Positions 39,959-50,246 of a stretch of DNA of 64,000 bases are shown here, piece by piece. The translations under genes were made by a program, and so were the position numbers. How positions within the stretch are numbered: the first letter of the stretch is position 1; each line of letters opens with the position of its first letter. Under the pieces are notes generated by a model that ran no database searches, had not been told where the DNA came from, and saw only the letters and a list, made by a program, of their open reading frames with translations. Source of the stretch: an uncultured delta proteobacterium (GTDB lineage: Bacteria; Myxococcota; UBA727; VGSZ01); the NCBI GenBank assembly GCA_963775425.1, contig CAVZJB010000016.1, positions 192,001 through 256,000 on the forward strand, in the 5' to 3' direction.

Positions 39959-41620
39959 TCAGAAGCGGCCGGCGAGGAGCACCGCCGGCACCGGATCGCC
40001 GCCCTTCATGGAGGGCAGCGCCGCGATCGCGGGCGGGAACAGCTCGAGCTCCTTGTTCAGCAGCGGATCGATCTCGCGCGGCAGCGCGAGCCCGCCGGCG
40101 GCGCCGAGGGCCGCGCCCGCGAGGGTCAAGCCGGCGATGCCCCAGCCCGTCTCCTCGGTGAAGCCCTGGGGCTCGGCGAGGAAGAACACCACCGAGCCGA
40201 CGCCGGCGCCGACCATGCCGCCGAGCGCGCCGCCGGAGAGCGGGAAGAGGCCGACGTCGAGGTTCGCGGTGGCGATGGTGCCCGCGCCGCCGGCGAGCGA
40301 GCCGACGAGGAGGGCGGCGCCGATGGCGCTGTCGTCGCGCAGGCCGTAGCCGCGCCACACGGCGCCGGTGGCCGTGCCGAGCGTGAGCCCCGCCACGATG
40401 CCGACGCCGAGCGCGCCGAGCGTGGGCGGCCGCTCCTCGACGAGGGCGATCCCCGCCGCGGTGCCCGCGAGCGTGCCGACGAAGGAGAGGTTGGCGGCGG
40501 CGACGGCGGAGTTGGGCGGGAAGCCGGAGACGAGGCCGGCGCCGAAGCCGGCGAACGTGCCGAGGGTGCCGAGCTGCACGACGGTGTGCGCGAGCGGGAG
40601 GGTGTCGGCGCGCGTGAAGGCGTACGCCGACGCCGCGGCCGCGCCGATGGCGGCGCCGCCGAGGCCGCCGAGCGCCGCGGCCTCGGCGCCGGACGAGCCG
40701 CCGTGCGCGGACAGCAGATAGGCGCCGTGGTACCAGCCGACGACGCCGCCGTAGAGGCCGAGCCAGCCGGTGCTGGCGGCGAGGTCGAGGCCGTGGGCCT
40801 GCGTGACGAGGACGATGCCGGGCGGCACGAGGCGCCGGCCCTGCGCGTCGTGCTCGATGGTCTCCTCGGGCTGCGCCTCGTAGACGAGGCCGAGGCGCGC
40901 GCGCATGCGCTCGGCGTAGCCGAGGAACAGCCGCGCCACGCGCTCGTCGGGGTGGTGGGTGGCGGCGGCGATGGCGCCGATGCTGGCGGCGTCGCCGACG
41001 TTGGCGAGCGCCCAGCCGGCCATGGTGACGACGTCGAGGTTGCCGTCCTTCAACGCCGCGACCAGGGGCGCGGTGTGCTGCCCGCCGATGTCGGGGCCGA
41101 GGCGCCCGAGGCACTCGGCGGCGGCGCGGCGCACCGAGGCCTCGATGTCGATGCGCAGGGCGCGCGCACAGATGCGCGCCGTGGCGGTGCCGGCGTCGTC
41201 GGTGGCGAGCAGCCGCAGCGCGAGCGCGCGCGTGGCCGGTTGCTCGGCGCTGCGGGCCGAGCGGCGCAGGAGGGGGCGCGCGGCGGTGATGTCGGTCGCG
41301 GCCATCTTCTCGAGCGCGTCGTCGGACACGAAGCTCGGCGGCGCGTCCGCCTCCGCGGCGGGATCGATCACGCGCGGCGTCGGCTCGGACACGACGGGCG
41401 TCACCTCAGCCGCCCCGTTGGCCTCGCCGGCCTTCGCGTCGCCGGCCTTCGCGTCGCCGGCCTTCGCGTCGCCGGCCTTCGCGTCGCCGGCCTTCGCGTC
41501 GCCGGCCTTCGCGTCGCCGGCCGGCGCCGCCGGCGCATCGCTCGTCGAGGGCGCCGTCGAGGGCGGCGTCGACGGCGGCGTGTCGAGGGCCAGGGCGAGC
41601 GCGAGCCCGAGGAGCAGCAT
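39959..41620 (-). CDS. Exported HEAT-repeat protein with a Gly-zipper membrane region
   Basis: Signal peptide, AGDAK x6, HEAT repeats (VRRAAAECLGRLG), Gly/Ala-rich hydrophobic helices, C-terminal LAGRF. Confidence 0.75.
   Translation of the reverse strand: MLLLGLALALALDTPPSTPPSTAPSTSDAPAAPAGDAKAGDAKAGDAKAGDAKAGDAKAGDAKAGEANGAAEVTPVVSEPTPRVIDPAAEADAPPSFVSDDALEKMAATDITAARPLLRRSARSAEQPATRALALRLLATDDAGTATARICARALRIDIEASVRRAAAECLGRLGPDIGGQHTAPLVAALKDGNLDVVTMAGWALANVGDAASIGAIAAATHHPDERVARLFLGYAERMRARLGLVYEAQPEETIEHDAQGRRLVPPGIVLVTQAHGLDLAASTGWLGLYGGVVGWYHGAYLLSAHGGSSGAEAAALGGLGGAAIGAAAASAYAFTRADTLPLAHTVVQLGTLGTFAGFGAGLVSGFPPNSAVAAANLSFVGTLAGTAAGIALVEERPPTLGALGVGIVAGLTLGTATGAVWRGYGLRDDSAIGAALLVGSLAGGAGTIATANLDVGLFPLSGGALGGMVGAGVGSVVFFLAEPQGFTEETGWGIAGLTLAGAALGAAGGLALPREIDPLLNKELELFPPAIAALPSMKGGDPVPAVLLAGRF
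41424..41522 (-). repeat. Intragenic 15-bp tandem repeat x6.6 (AGDAK)
   Basis: Perfect copies of tcgccggccttcgcg on the + strand. Confidence 0.92.
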
Positions 41621-41677
41621 GCACGCGACGCTAACACGAGGTGGCACGGGACCGGTCCTGCGGATACGTTCGTCCCG

Positions 41678-43096
41678 GTGAGCGCCCTCATCGATCTCGG
41701 TCTCGCGTCGCGCCTCATCGGGCGCGCCCTCCAGCACGGCGGCGAGTTCGCCGAGATCTACGTGCAGCGCCGCCGCACCACGGGCCTCGAGCTCGACGAC
41801 GGCCAGATCCGCTCGGCGCAGTCGTCGCGCGACTTCGGCGTGGGCGTTCGCGTCATCAAGGGCATGAGCGTCGCGTACGCCTACAGCGACGACCTCGGCG
41901 AGGCCGCGCTGTTCGAGTGCGCAGACGCCGCCAGCCACGTCGCCGGCTCCTCCTCCGGCGAGCTGGCGTGCGTGCCCAAGCCGCTCACCACGCGCGGCCG
42001 ACCGCACCACGCCGACCCCGAGCGCATCCCCGCGGACGTCGCGCTCGACGAGCGCCTCGCCCTGCTCCGCCGCGCCGACGAGGCCGCCCGCGCCAACCGC
42101 AGCAAGCCCGGGCTCGAGCAGGTGCTCGGCCGCTGGGCCGACGTCGACGAGGACGTCTTCATCGTCAACTCCGACGGCCTCGTCGTCACCGACCGCCGCG
42201 CGCTCTGCCGCCTCTCCCTCGAGGTCATCGTCCGCGATCGCGACGGCGGCCGCCGCACCGGCTCATGCGGCGGCGGCTCCCGCGTCGGCTTCGACCACTT
42301 CCTCGCGCAGACCCCCGAGAGCATCGGCGAGGAGGCCGTGCGCATGGCCGAGGCCCAGCTCGGCGCCAAGCCCGCCCCCGTCGGCGAGCGCGTCGTCGTC
42401 GTCGGCCCCGCGTCCTCGGGCGTGCTGCTGCACGAGGCCGTCGGCCACGGCCTCGAGGCCGACTTCATCCGCAAGAAGACGTCGCTGTTCTCCGGCCGCC
42501 TCGGCGAGCGCGTCGCGAGCGAGCTGTGCACCGTCGTCGACGACGGCACGCTGCCCGGCATGCGCGGCAGCCTCAACGTCGACGACGAGGGCCAGCCCAC
42601 CGGCCGCACCGTCCTCGTCGAGCGCGGCGTGCTCACCGGCTATATGAGCGACAAGCTCAACAGCGGCCTCATGGGCATCGAGGCCACAGGCAACGGGCGC
42701 CGCCAGAGCTTCCGCCACCCGCCCCTGCCCCGCATGACCAACACGTTCCTCGCCGGCGGCAACGACGACCCCGCCGAGATCCTCTCGCAGGTGAAGAGCG
42801 GGCTGTACTGCCGCGCCTTCGGCGGCGGCCAGGTCGACATCGCCAACGGCAACTTCGTCTTCGAGGTGCGCGAGGGCTACCTCATCGAAGACGGCAAGAT
42901 CACGGCGCCGGTGAAGGGCGCCACCCTCGTCGGCAACGGCCCCGAGGTGCTCGGCAAGATCGTCCGCGTGGGCCACGACGAGGCGCTCGCGCCCGGCGTG
43001 TACACGTGCGGCAAGGAGGGCCAGAGCGTGCCCGTGGGGGTCGGGCTCCCCACCGTGCGCATCGACGGCATCACCGTCGGCGGAGGCGCGTCGTGA
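41678..43096 (+). CDS. tldD: Metalloprotease TldD
   Basis: LLHEAVGHGLEAD, GSLNVDDEG, GNGRRQSF..PLPRMTNT, CGKEGQSVPVG. Confidence 0.95.
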   Translation: MSALIDLGLASRLIGRALQHGGEFAEIYVQRRRTTGLELDDGQIRSAQSSRDFGVGVRVIKGMSVAYAYSDDLGEAALFECADAASHVAGSSSGELACVPKPLTTRGRPHHADPERIPADVALDERLALLRRADEAARANRSKPGLEQVLGRWADVDEDVFIVNSDGLVVTDRRALCRLSLEVIVRDRDGGRRTGSCGGGSRVGFDHFLAQTPESIGEEAVRMAEAQLGAKPAPVGERVVVVGPASSGVLLHEAVGHGLEADFIRKKTSLFSGRLGERVASELCTVVDDGTLPGMRGSLNVDDEGQPTGRTVLVERGVLTGYMSDKLNSGLMGIEATGNGRRQSFRHPPLPRMTNTFLAGGNDDPAEILSQVKSGLYCRAFGGGQVDIANGNFVFEVREGYLIEDGKITAPVKGATLVGNGPEVLGKIVRVGHDEALAPGVYTCGKEGQSVPVGVGLPTVRIDGITVGGGAS

Positions 43097-44484
43097 CCAC
43101 CAGCGCCAGCCCCCCGGTCCCGTCGCTCGAGCAGGCCGAGACCCTCGCCCGGTCGCTGGTCGAGGCCGCCAAGAAGGCCGGCGCCGACGCCTGCGACGCC
43201 GCCGTCGGCATGTCGTCGGCGCTGTCGGCGTCGGCGCGCGACGGCGCCATCGAGGACATCACGCGGGCGACCTCGCGCACCGCCGGTCTGCGCGTCGTCG
43301 CCGGCGGCCGGCTCGGCTTCGTCACCTGGGCCGACGCCCCGCTCGACGCCGCCGCCGTCGACGACATGGCGCGCGCCGCGCTCGAGCTCGCGCGCGCGTC
43401 CACGCCGAGCGAGCACAACGTCATCCCGCGCGCCCCCTCGCTCGACGCCGCCGGCGCCCCCGACCTCGGCACGTGGGACGAGGTCACCGCCGAGGCCACG
43501 CCCGCGTGGGCCATCGAGCAGGCGCTCGCCATGGAGCGCGTGCTCGGCGCCACCGACGGCATCGCGGGCGTGCGCGACGTCTCCGCGTACGCGCGGCGCG
43601 GCATCTTCGCGCTGGCGTCGTCGTGGGGCTTCTCGGGGGCGTACCGCGGCACGCGCGCGTCGCTGTCGTGCTCCGCCGTCGTCGAGGACGGCGGCGGCAA
43701 GAAGCAGATCGAGGGCTGGTCCGCCACGGCCCGCGCGCTCGGCGCCCTCGCCCCCGCCCCCGGCGTCGCCGAAGAGGCCGCGCGCCGGGCGCTGTCCCGC
43801 CGGGGCGCGCGGAAGATCGAGACCATGCGCGTGCCCGTCATCTTCGACGCGCAGATGGCGCGCGGCTTCTTCGCCTCCATCCTGCACGCGCTCTGCGGCG
43901 ACACGCTCGCGCGCAAGCAGTCGTTCCTGCGCGGGATGAAGGGCGAGGCGGTGCTCGCCAAGGGGCTGTCGCTCGTCGACAATCCCGCCCTGCCCGGCGG
44001 CTTCGCTTCGCGCCCTTTCGACGGCGAAGGCCTGGTCACGGACAAGCTCGCCGTCATCGACGCCGGCGGCCGCATCACCACGTACCTGCACGACGCCCGC
44101 AGCGCGGCCCGCCTGGGCGAGGCGCCGACGGGCCACGCGTCGCGCGGCGCGGGCTCTTTGCCGTCGCCGTCGCCGACCAACACCACCGTCGAGGGCGGGA
44201 CGGGAGACCTGGCCTCCATCATCCGCGACACGCCTCGCGGGCTGCTCGTCACGCGCCTGCTCGGGCGCGGGCCCGACATGGTCACGGGCGACTACAGCCG
44301 CGGCGCCTCCGGCTTCTTCATCGAAGGCGGCGAGATCGCGTTCCCCGTCGAGGAGGTCACCGTCGGCGGCAAGATGCTCGAGATGATGCGCACCATCGAC
44401 CGCGCGGGCGCCGACCTCGACCTCCGCTCGTCTTTGCGCGCGCCGCCAATCCGCTTCGCCGAACTCCAGGTCAGCGGCCGCTGA
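43093..44484 (+). CDS. pmbA: TldE/PmbA family protein
   Basis: RPFDGEG, TGHA, TGDYSRGASGFFIEGGEIAFPVEEVTV; 4-nt overlap with tldD. Confidence 0.9.
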   Translation: MTTSASPPVPSLEQAETLARSLVEAAKKAGADACDAAVGMSSALSASARDGAIEDITRATSRTAGLRVVAGGRLGFVTWADAPLDAAAVDDMARAALELARASTPSEHNVIPRAPSLDAAGAPDLGTWDEVTAEATPAWAIEQALAMERVLGATDGIAGVRDVSAYARRGIFALASSWGFSGAYRGTRASLSCSAVVEDGGGKKQIEGWSATARALGALAPAPGVAEEAARRALSRRGARKIETMRVPVIFDAQMARGFFASILHALCGDTLARKQSFLRGMKGEAVLAKGLSLVDNPALPGGFASRPFDGEGLVTDKLAVIDAGGRITTYLHDARSAARLGEAPTGHASRGAGSLPSPSPTNTTVEGGTGDLASIIRDTPRGLLVTRLLGRGPDMVTGDYSRGASGFFIEGGEIAFPVEEVTVGGKMLEMMRTIDRAGADLDLRSSLRAPPIRFAELQVSGR

Positions 44485-44502
44485 CGTCTGCGCGCCGCAG
44501 GT

Positions 44503-46188
44503 CTAGCGTCCTTCGAGGAGGCCGGCGTACTCGTGGAGCGTCTTGTCCGCGAGGGCGTGGTCGACGCACGCTTTGTCGCCGATGCTGCGGTCGTCGTACT
44601 GCTCGAGCAGGTCGCTGATGTTGTGGCGCTTCAACGCCTTCTTGGCGCCCTTGTCGATGAGCTTGAGCGCGAGCTTCATGCCGACATGGCTGACGCCGCC
44701 GTCCTGACCCGCGGTGACCTTCTCGCAGGACCTGGCCGAGAAATCCTTTTGCGCCACCGCGGCCCAGGCGTCGTCGACGAGCTCCGCCGGCGCGTTGCGG
44801 TTCATCAGCGCCTGCGCCGCCCCGTGGCGCACGAGGAAGCTCTCGTCGACGGCGTGCTGGGCGAGGCGCTCGGTGGGATCCATGCGCTTGTCGCTGTTGC
44901 TCGGCCACGACATCAGCACCTCGATGGCCTTGCTCTGCCGATCGGCGTCGCCGAGGGCGGCGATGGTGTTTTCAAGCGCCGTGGCGTCGACCTTCTTCTC
45001 CTTGGCCGCCACCGCATACTTGTCGAGCATGGCGTCCCAGCGCAGCGGCCCGTACTGCCGCTCGAGCGCGTGGCCGTAGACCACCCAGTCGCCCGCGCGC
45101 ATGCTGCCCTGGTCCTCGCGCGCCTTCATCATCGCGATGACGTCGTTGTAGCGGCGCTGCTCGAGGAGCTCCTCGGCGCTCGGCGCGCGCAGCCAGATGA
45201 GCGCGCCCGGCCCGAAGGTGACGAGGAAGCCGAGCAGGAACGCGGCGCCGAACACCGCCGGGCTCACGTAGAGCCGCCGCAGCAGCACCTGCCAGCGCGG
45301 CACGGACGGCAGCTCTCCCTCGGCGGTGGCGTCCTCGTCGAACACCGACGCCGCCGCGGCGGGCGACGACGGCTGCGGCGGCGTGGCCACCGGCGACGGC
45401 AGCGGCCGCCGCGCGCCCGGCGGGGGCGGCGTGCGCGGCTGCACCGGAGGCATCGGCGTCATGGGCTGCTGCCCGCCGGCCGGGCCGTCGCGAAAGCCCG
45501 CGGGGAGCTGTGTCCCCGGCGATGTCGGCGGGAACGCCGGCGCGGGGAACGGCGCGGGCGCCGTGTCCGTGCGGGCGCCGGTCGCGGGCGGCGGGAAGGA
45601 CGACGGCGGCGACCCCGCGCCGGTGCGCGCCGGCGTCGACAGCGACGACGAAAACGACGGCGGCGGCGGCAGCGCGCCCGGCTGTCCATTGCCGTGCGGC
45701 GCCCCGCTCGCGCCGAAGGGCGCCGGCAGCGAGGCCCCGACGCCGGGCAGCGCCGTCGACGCGGTGGGCCCGCGCCCGAGCGGCGGCAGCGGCGGCAGCG
45801 GCGCGAACTGGGGGCCCGGCGTGGGGCTGCGGGCGAACGTCGGGGGCGGGATCGAGGGCGAGGGGCGCGACGACGACTGACCGAACGGGTTCGCGATCGA
45901 CGGCGTGGGGATCGACGGCAGCGGGGACGCCGGCTGCGGCGACGGCGGCAGCGAAGACGCCGGCTGCGGCGACGGCGGCTGCGGGGACGCCGGCTGCGGC
46001 GACTGCGGGAACGACGGGGCGCCCGCCATCGCGGGCACGGACGTCACGGGGGCGGGCGCGAGCGCCGCGGGATCGAGCGCGGCGGGGCGCTGCTGGGCGG
46101 TCACCGGCTTGCCGGCCTCGTGGCCACAGGCGAAGCACAGAAGGCCGTCCCAGGCACGGCCGCAGTTCGGGCAGCGCTGCACGCTCAC
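44503..46188 (-). CDS. Zinc-ribbon, Pro-rich, single-TM protein with a helical extracytoplasmic domain
   Basis: VQRCPNCGRAWDGLLCFACGHE, about 290 aa of Pro-rich linker, a TM (AVFGAAFLLGFLVTFGPGALIWL) and a HEAT-like C-terminus. Confidence 0.75.
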   Translation of the reverse strand: MSVQRCPNCGRAWDGLLCFACGHEAGKPVTAQQRPAALDPAALAPAPVTSVPAMAGAPSFPQSPQPASPQPPSPQPASSLPPSPQPASPLPSIPTPSIANPFGQSSSRPSPSIPPPTFARSPTPGPQFAPLPPLPPLGRGPTASTALPGVGASLPAPFGASGAPHGNGQPGALPPPPSFSSSLSTPARTGAGSPPSSFPPPATGARTDTAPAPFPAPAFPPTSPGTQLPAGFRDGPAGGQQPMTPMPPVQPRTPPPPGARRPLPSPVATPPQPSSPAAAASVFDEDATAEGELPSVPRWQVLLRRLYVSPAVFGAAFLLGFLVTFGPGALIWLRAPSAEELLEQRRYNDVIAMMKAREDQGSMRAGDWVVYGHALERQYGPLRWDAMLDKYAVAAKEKKVDATALENTIAALGDADRQSKAIEVLMSWPSNSDKRMDPTERLAQHAVDESFLVRHGAAQALMNRNAPAELVDDAWAAVAQKDFSARSCEKVTAGQDGGVSHVGMKLALKLIDKGAKKALKRHNISDLLEQYDDRSIGDKACVDHALADKTLHEYAGLLEGR

Positions 46189-46279
46189 GGGGGGCAGAGT
46201 AACAAGGTGGGCGGGGGAAGTGTCGTGGCCGGCCGGGCCCGAGCCCGCACGAGACAGCACAAGACATGCCCACCGCGGC

Positions 46280-46307
46280 TTGACGCCCCCGGGGCCCTGC
46301 CTATCTT
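46280..46307 (+). promoter_or_regulatory. Putative sigma70-type promoter of dnaK
   Basis: TTGACG-N16-TATCTT upstream of an AGGAG SD and the dnaK ATG. Confidence 0.5.
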
Positions 46308-46349
46308 CCGCGTGTTGCACGAAAAGCGACACAGCGAGGAGACACAGTC

Positions 46350-48269
46350 ATGGGCAAGATCATCGGCATCGACCTCGGGACCACCAACTCCGTCGTCGCC
46401 ATCATGGAAGGCGGCGAGCCGAAGGTGATCGCAAACGAGGAAGGGGCGCGCACCACGCCGTCGGTGGTCGCCTACGGCAAGGACGGCGAGGTCATGGTGG
46501 GCCAGGTCGCACGCCGCCAGGCGGTGACCAACCCGGGAAGCACCATCTACTCGGCCAAGCGCTTCATCGGGCGCAAGCTCAACGAGGTGGCCGACGAGAT
46601 CAAGCGCGTGTCCTTCGAGGTCGGCACCGGTGACAACGGTGACGCCGCCTTCAAGGTCGCCGGCAAGACGCTCACCCCGCCCGAGGTCGGCGCCAAGGTG
46701 CTCCAGAAGCTCAAGCGCGCGGCCGAGGCGTACCTCGGTGACACCGTGTCCGAGGCGGTCGTCACCGTCCCCGCGTACTTCAACGACAGCCAGCGCCAGG
46801 CCACCCGCGACGCCGGCCGCATCGCCGGTCTCGACGTCAAGCGCATCGTGAACGAGCCCACGGCGGCCGCGCTCGCGTACGGCCTCGACAAGCAGAAGGA
46901 AGAGAAGATCGCCGTCTTCGACTTCGGCGGCGGCACGTTCGATATCTCCATCCTCGAGGTGGGCGAGAATGTCGTCGAGGTCATCGCCACCAACGGCGAC
47001 ACCCACCTCGGCGGCGACGACATCGACCACGCCGTGATGGAGTACCTCATCGGCGAGTTCAAGAAGGAGACGGGCGTCGACGTCAGCAACGACAAGATGG
47101 TCGTCCAGCGCCTCAAGGAAGCGGCGGAGAAGGCCAAGATCGAGCTGTCGTCCGTGAGCGAGACGGAGATCAACCTCCCCTTCCTCACCGCCGACGCCTC
47201 GGGCCCCAAGCACATGAACCTGCGCCTGTCCCGGGCCAAGCTCGAGCAGATCATGGACCCGTACGTGCAGCGCACGCTCGAGCCCTGCCGCAAGTGCCTG
47301 GCCGACGCCAAGCTGAAGGCCGGTGAGATCGATCAGGTCGTGCTCGTCGGCGGCTCCACCCGCATCCCCATGGTGCAGGAGGCCGTGAAGAAGCTGTTCG
47401 GCAAGGAGCCGAACCGCTCCGTGAACCCCGACGAGGTCGTGGCGCTCGGCGCCGCGGTGCAGGCCGGCGTGCTCGCGGGCGAGGTGAAGGACCTCCTCCT
47501 CCTCGACGTCACCCCGCTGAGCCTCGGCATCGAGACCCTGGGCGGCGTGAACACGGTGCTCATCCAGCGAAACACCACCATCCCCACCAAGAAGATGGAG
47601 GTGTTCTCCACGGCGAGCGACAACCAGACCTCCGTCGAGGTCCACGTGCTGCAGGGCGAGCGCGAGATGGCGCGCGACAACCGCACCCTCGGCCGCTTCC
47701 ACCTCGACGGCGTGCCCCCGGCGCCGCGCGGCCTGCCGCAGATCGAGGTGACCTTCGACATCGACGCCAACGGCATCGTGAACGTCTCTGCGAAGGATCG
47801 CGCGACGAGCAAGCAGCAGCACATCACCATCACCGCGAGCTCCGGCCTCTCCGAGTCCGAGATCCAGAAGATGGTGAAGGACGCCGAGGCCCACGCCGAG
47901 GACGACAAGAAGCGCCGTGAGCTCGTCGAGGAGCGCAACAAGCTCGACTCGATGATCTACCAGCTCGAGAAGATGCTGAAGGACAGCGGCGACAAGGTCT
48001 CCGACGCCGCCAAGGAGCCCGTCGAAGCGGCGCTCAAGGCGGCCAAGGAGAAGCTCGACAGCCAGGACGCCGAGGTCGTCAAGGCGGCGCTCGAGGAGCT
48101 CACCAAGGCCAGCCACAAGATGGCCGAGGAGCTCTACAAGACCAGCGGCGGCGCCGAGGGCGGCGACGCTCCCCCGCCTCCGGGCGCGGAGGGCGCCGCG
48201 GGCGGCGAGGAGAAGAAGGGCGGCGACGACGTCGTCGACGCCGAGTACGAAGAGGCGCCCCGCAACTGA
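46350..48269 (+). CDS. dnaK: Chaperone DnaK
   Basis: [46 protein letters not shown]. Confidence 0.99.
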   Translation: MGKIIGIDLGTTNSVVAIMEGGEPKVIANEEGARTTPSVVAYGKDGEVMVGQVARRQAVTNPGSTIYSAKRFIGRKLNEVADEIKRVSFEVGTGDNGDAAFKVAGKTLTPPEVGAKVLQKLKRAAEAYLGDTVSEAVVTVPAYFNDSQRQATRDAGRIAGLDVKRIVNEPTAAALAYGLDKQKEEKIAVFDFGGGTFDISILEVGENVVEVIATNGDTHLGGDDIDHAVMEYLIGEFKKETGVDVSNDKMVVQRLKEAAEKAKIELSSVSETEINLPFLTADASGPKHMNLRLSRAKLEQIMDPYVQRTLEPCRKCLADAKLKAGEIDQVVLVGGSTRIPMVQEAVKKLFGKEPNRSVNPDEVVALGAAVQAGVLAGEVKDLLLLDVTPLSLGIETLGGVNTVLIQRNTTIPTKKMEVFSTASDNQTSVEVHVLQGEREMARDNRTLGRFHLDGVPPAPRGLPQIEVTFDIDANGIVNVSAKDRATSKQQHITITASSGLSESEIQKMVKDAEAHAEDDKKRRELVEERNKLDSMIYQLEKMLKDSGDKVSDAAKEPVEAALKAAKEKLDSQDAEVVKAALEELTKASHKMAEELYKTSGGAEGGDAPPPPGAEGAAGGEEKKGGDDVVDAEYEEAPRN

Positions 48270-48286
48270 CGGCGGCGCGACAGCGG

Positions 48287-48323
48287 AGGGGCGCGGTCTC
48301 GGCGACGGGATCGCGCCCCTTTT
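48287..48323 (+). terminator. Rho-independent terminator after dnaK
   Basis: aggggcgcggtctc...ggatcgcgcccct hairpin followed by TTTT. Confidence 0.75.
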
Positions 48324-48448
48324 CGCGTCCGGTGAGGCTGTAGGCCCCGCCGCAGGTGGCAGCGAGAACGACACCGGCGTTGACGGGCGTCACCCGCTCC
48401 GGCGACGAGCGGATGGCTCGCGCCGTGGTCGCATGCGACACATGGACC

Positions 48449-48997
48449 ATGCTCTATTCCTTTCACGGCCACGAGAGCGATCTCGACCTGAAAGACGTCA
48501 TCGCGTTCGAGCCGGACCTCACCGCGCAGCTCGCGAAGCAGCTCAGGGAGCCGAACGTCGAAGACGCGGTCGCCGTCGCCCTCGACTTCTACGGCGCCGC
48601 CTACGTGCGCGAGCAGGCGGCACACCTCGAGGTGGTCGGCAGGAAGTGGGCGGAGCTGGCGCCGCTGGCCCAGACGCCCAACGACAAGGAGCGCGTGAAG
48701 GCCATCCCCGAGCGGCTCTGCTTCCGCCTCGATCAGGTCTGGCGCGAGGGCCGCGCCGCCGTCTATCTGGTGCTGCGCTCCGTCGCCATGCGCCACGGCT
48801 GCGCCATCGAGGACGCGCCGCTCTTCGTCGACATGGACAGCGTCGCGTCGCTGATGGAGCTCATCGTCGACGGGTTGCGCGCCGGCTTCGCCGCGTCCGT
48901 CGACGCCTCGGTCGTCGTCGCGCTGCTCGAGCGAGCCGTCAAGCCCCGGGCCGACGGCTCGCGCGAGCTCGACTGGGCGACCGAAGCCGGCCGCTGA
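48449..48997 (+). CDS. Hypothetical helical protein
   Basis: ORF with genome-typical codon bias fills the gap; no recognisable family. Start uncertain. Confidence 0.6.
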   Translation: MLYSFHGHESDLDLKDVIAFEPDLTAQLAKQLREPNVEDAVAVALDFYGAAYVREQAAHLEVVGRKWAELAPLAQTPNDKERVKAIPERLCFRLDQVWREGRAAVYLVLRSVAMRHGCAIEDAPLFVDMDSVASLMELIVDGLRAGFAASVDASVVVALLERAVKPRADGSRELDWATEAGR

Positions 48998-49001
48998 CGG
49001 C

Positions 49002-50246
49002 TCAGAAGGCGAGGTCCGCGAACACGGCGCCGCCGAAGCCGCCGTCGGACTGGCCGAGGGTCTGGCCGTAGTTGCCTTCGACGCCGAGGCGCACGTTCTC
49101 GATGACCCAGGTCGACACATCGAGCGTGCCCTGGAGGTGGTTGTTGCCGTCGTCCTGCTGGACCCAGTCGAGGCGGGCCAGCGGCAGCAGGATGGGGCGG
49201 CCGTCGACGCGCACGGCGTACAGACCCTCGAGGAAGCCGCCGAAGTTGGTCTGCGCGGCCTGGTTGTCGATCTGATCGCCGGCGACGACGAACGCGGCCA
49301 CGCCGGTGAGGTCACCGTAGGTGGCGTCGGCGTCGACGCCGGTCCGCCACGAGGTGGCGTCGCTCGCGCCGCGCCCCTCGCCGACCGTGGTGCGCCCGCC
49401 GAGGCCGAAGGCGCCGAAGCTCAGGTTCTCGATGGGGTCGACCGCGAGGCGCAGCACGCCAATCCGCGGGATGCCCTCGGTGAGGACGTCGGGCGCGCCG
49501 GTGACGCCGCCTTCGTAAAAGACCATGCCGACGCGGCCGTAGGCCTCGAGGAATTCGGTGTCGCTGTCGAAGCTCACCCCGCTTTGGTGGCCGTCGGTGA
49601 GCACGCTCTTGTCGGTCTGCGTGAGGCCGATGTCGCCGGTGCGGAAGGTGTTGTACGGGTCCGCGGACAGCGGCGGGCCGAAACCGGCGACGATGTTGAG
49701 GTACCGCGACGGATGAATGCCGACGCGGCCGTCGACGCCGAGGGCGAAGTCGTCCTCCGCGCCCCCGCCGAGCGCGAAGTGGAAGGATCCGTACTTGAAG
49801 AAGTTGCCGAAGCCCTGCAGCTCGACGTCGTCGAGCGGGACGAACTGCGGGTCGCCGCCCTGCTCCAGCTTCACCGGCGTCGAGCGCACGCGCATCGCGA
49901 GCGGGAGCATCTTTTCGAGGACGAGGTTGTCGTTGATCTGTTGGTGGTTCTGCATGTCCTCGTCGATCAGGCCGTCCTCGTCGGGGAGCCGGTAGCCCGC
50001 CTCCATGAACTTGCGGCCGGTGGCGTTCAGGTACGGCGGCGCAATGTGACAGGTCTGGCAGGGGACGTTGAACTTGCGGGCGAACGCCGGGATGGCCGCC
50101 GCGTCGTCGTGGGCGGGCGGCGGGCCGGCGATGGGACAGCGATGGACGGGGGCGAGCGCGTCGAGCACCGGGCCGAAGGACAGGAAGGCGACGAAAGAGA
50201 GGAAGGCGACGGGCGCGACGCCCGTGAGGATTCTGCGGGTCTTCAT
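49002..50246 (-). CDS. Cyc2-like fused monoheme cytochrome c - outer membrane porin
   Basis: Signal/TM region, IPAFARKFNVPCQTCHIAPPYLNATGRKFMEAGY, then amphipathic beta-strands ending in VFADLAF. Confidence 0.8.
   Translation of the reverse strand: MKTRRILTGVAPVAFLSFVAFLSFGPVLDALAPVHRCPIAGPPPAHDDAAAIPAFARKFNVPCQTCHIAPPYLNATGRKFMEAGYRLPDEDGLIDEDMQNHQQINDNLVLEKMLPLAMRVRSTPVKLEQGGDPQFVPLDDVELQGFGNFFKYGSFHFALGGGAEDDFALGVDGRVGIHPSRYLNIVAGFGPPLSADPYNTFRTGDIGLTQTDKSVLTDGHQSGVSFDSDTEFLEAYGRVGMVFYEGGVTGAPDVLTEGIPRIGVLRLAVDPIENLSFGAFGLGGRTTVGEGRGASDATSWRTGVDADATYGDLTGVAAFVVAGDQIDNQAAQTNFGGFLEGLYAVRVDGRPILLPLARLDWVQQDDGNNHLQGTLDVSTWVIENVRLGVEGNYGQTLGQSDGGFGGAVFADLAF

Noticed and set aside
41642-41660. 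sigma54 promoter upstream of tldD (TGGCACG)
   Set aside because: There is no TTGC at the required -12 spacing.
46190-46349. CIRCE/HrcA operator upstream of dnaK
   Set aside because: No TTAGCACTC-N9-GAGTGCTAA inverted repeat is visible.
48449-48997. Globin-like assignment for the ORF after dnaK
   Set aside because: Only a weak VAMRH resemblance; insufficient without a profile search.
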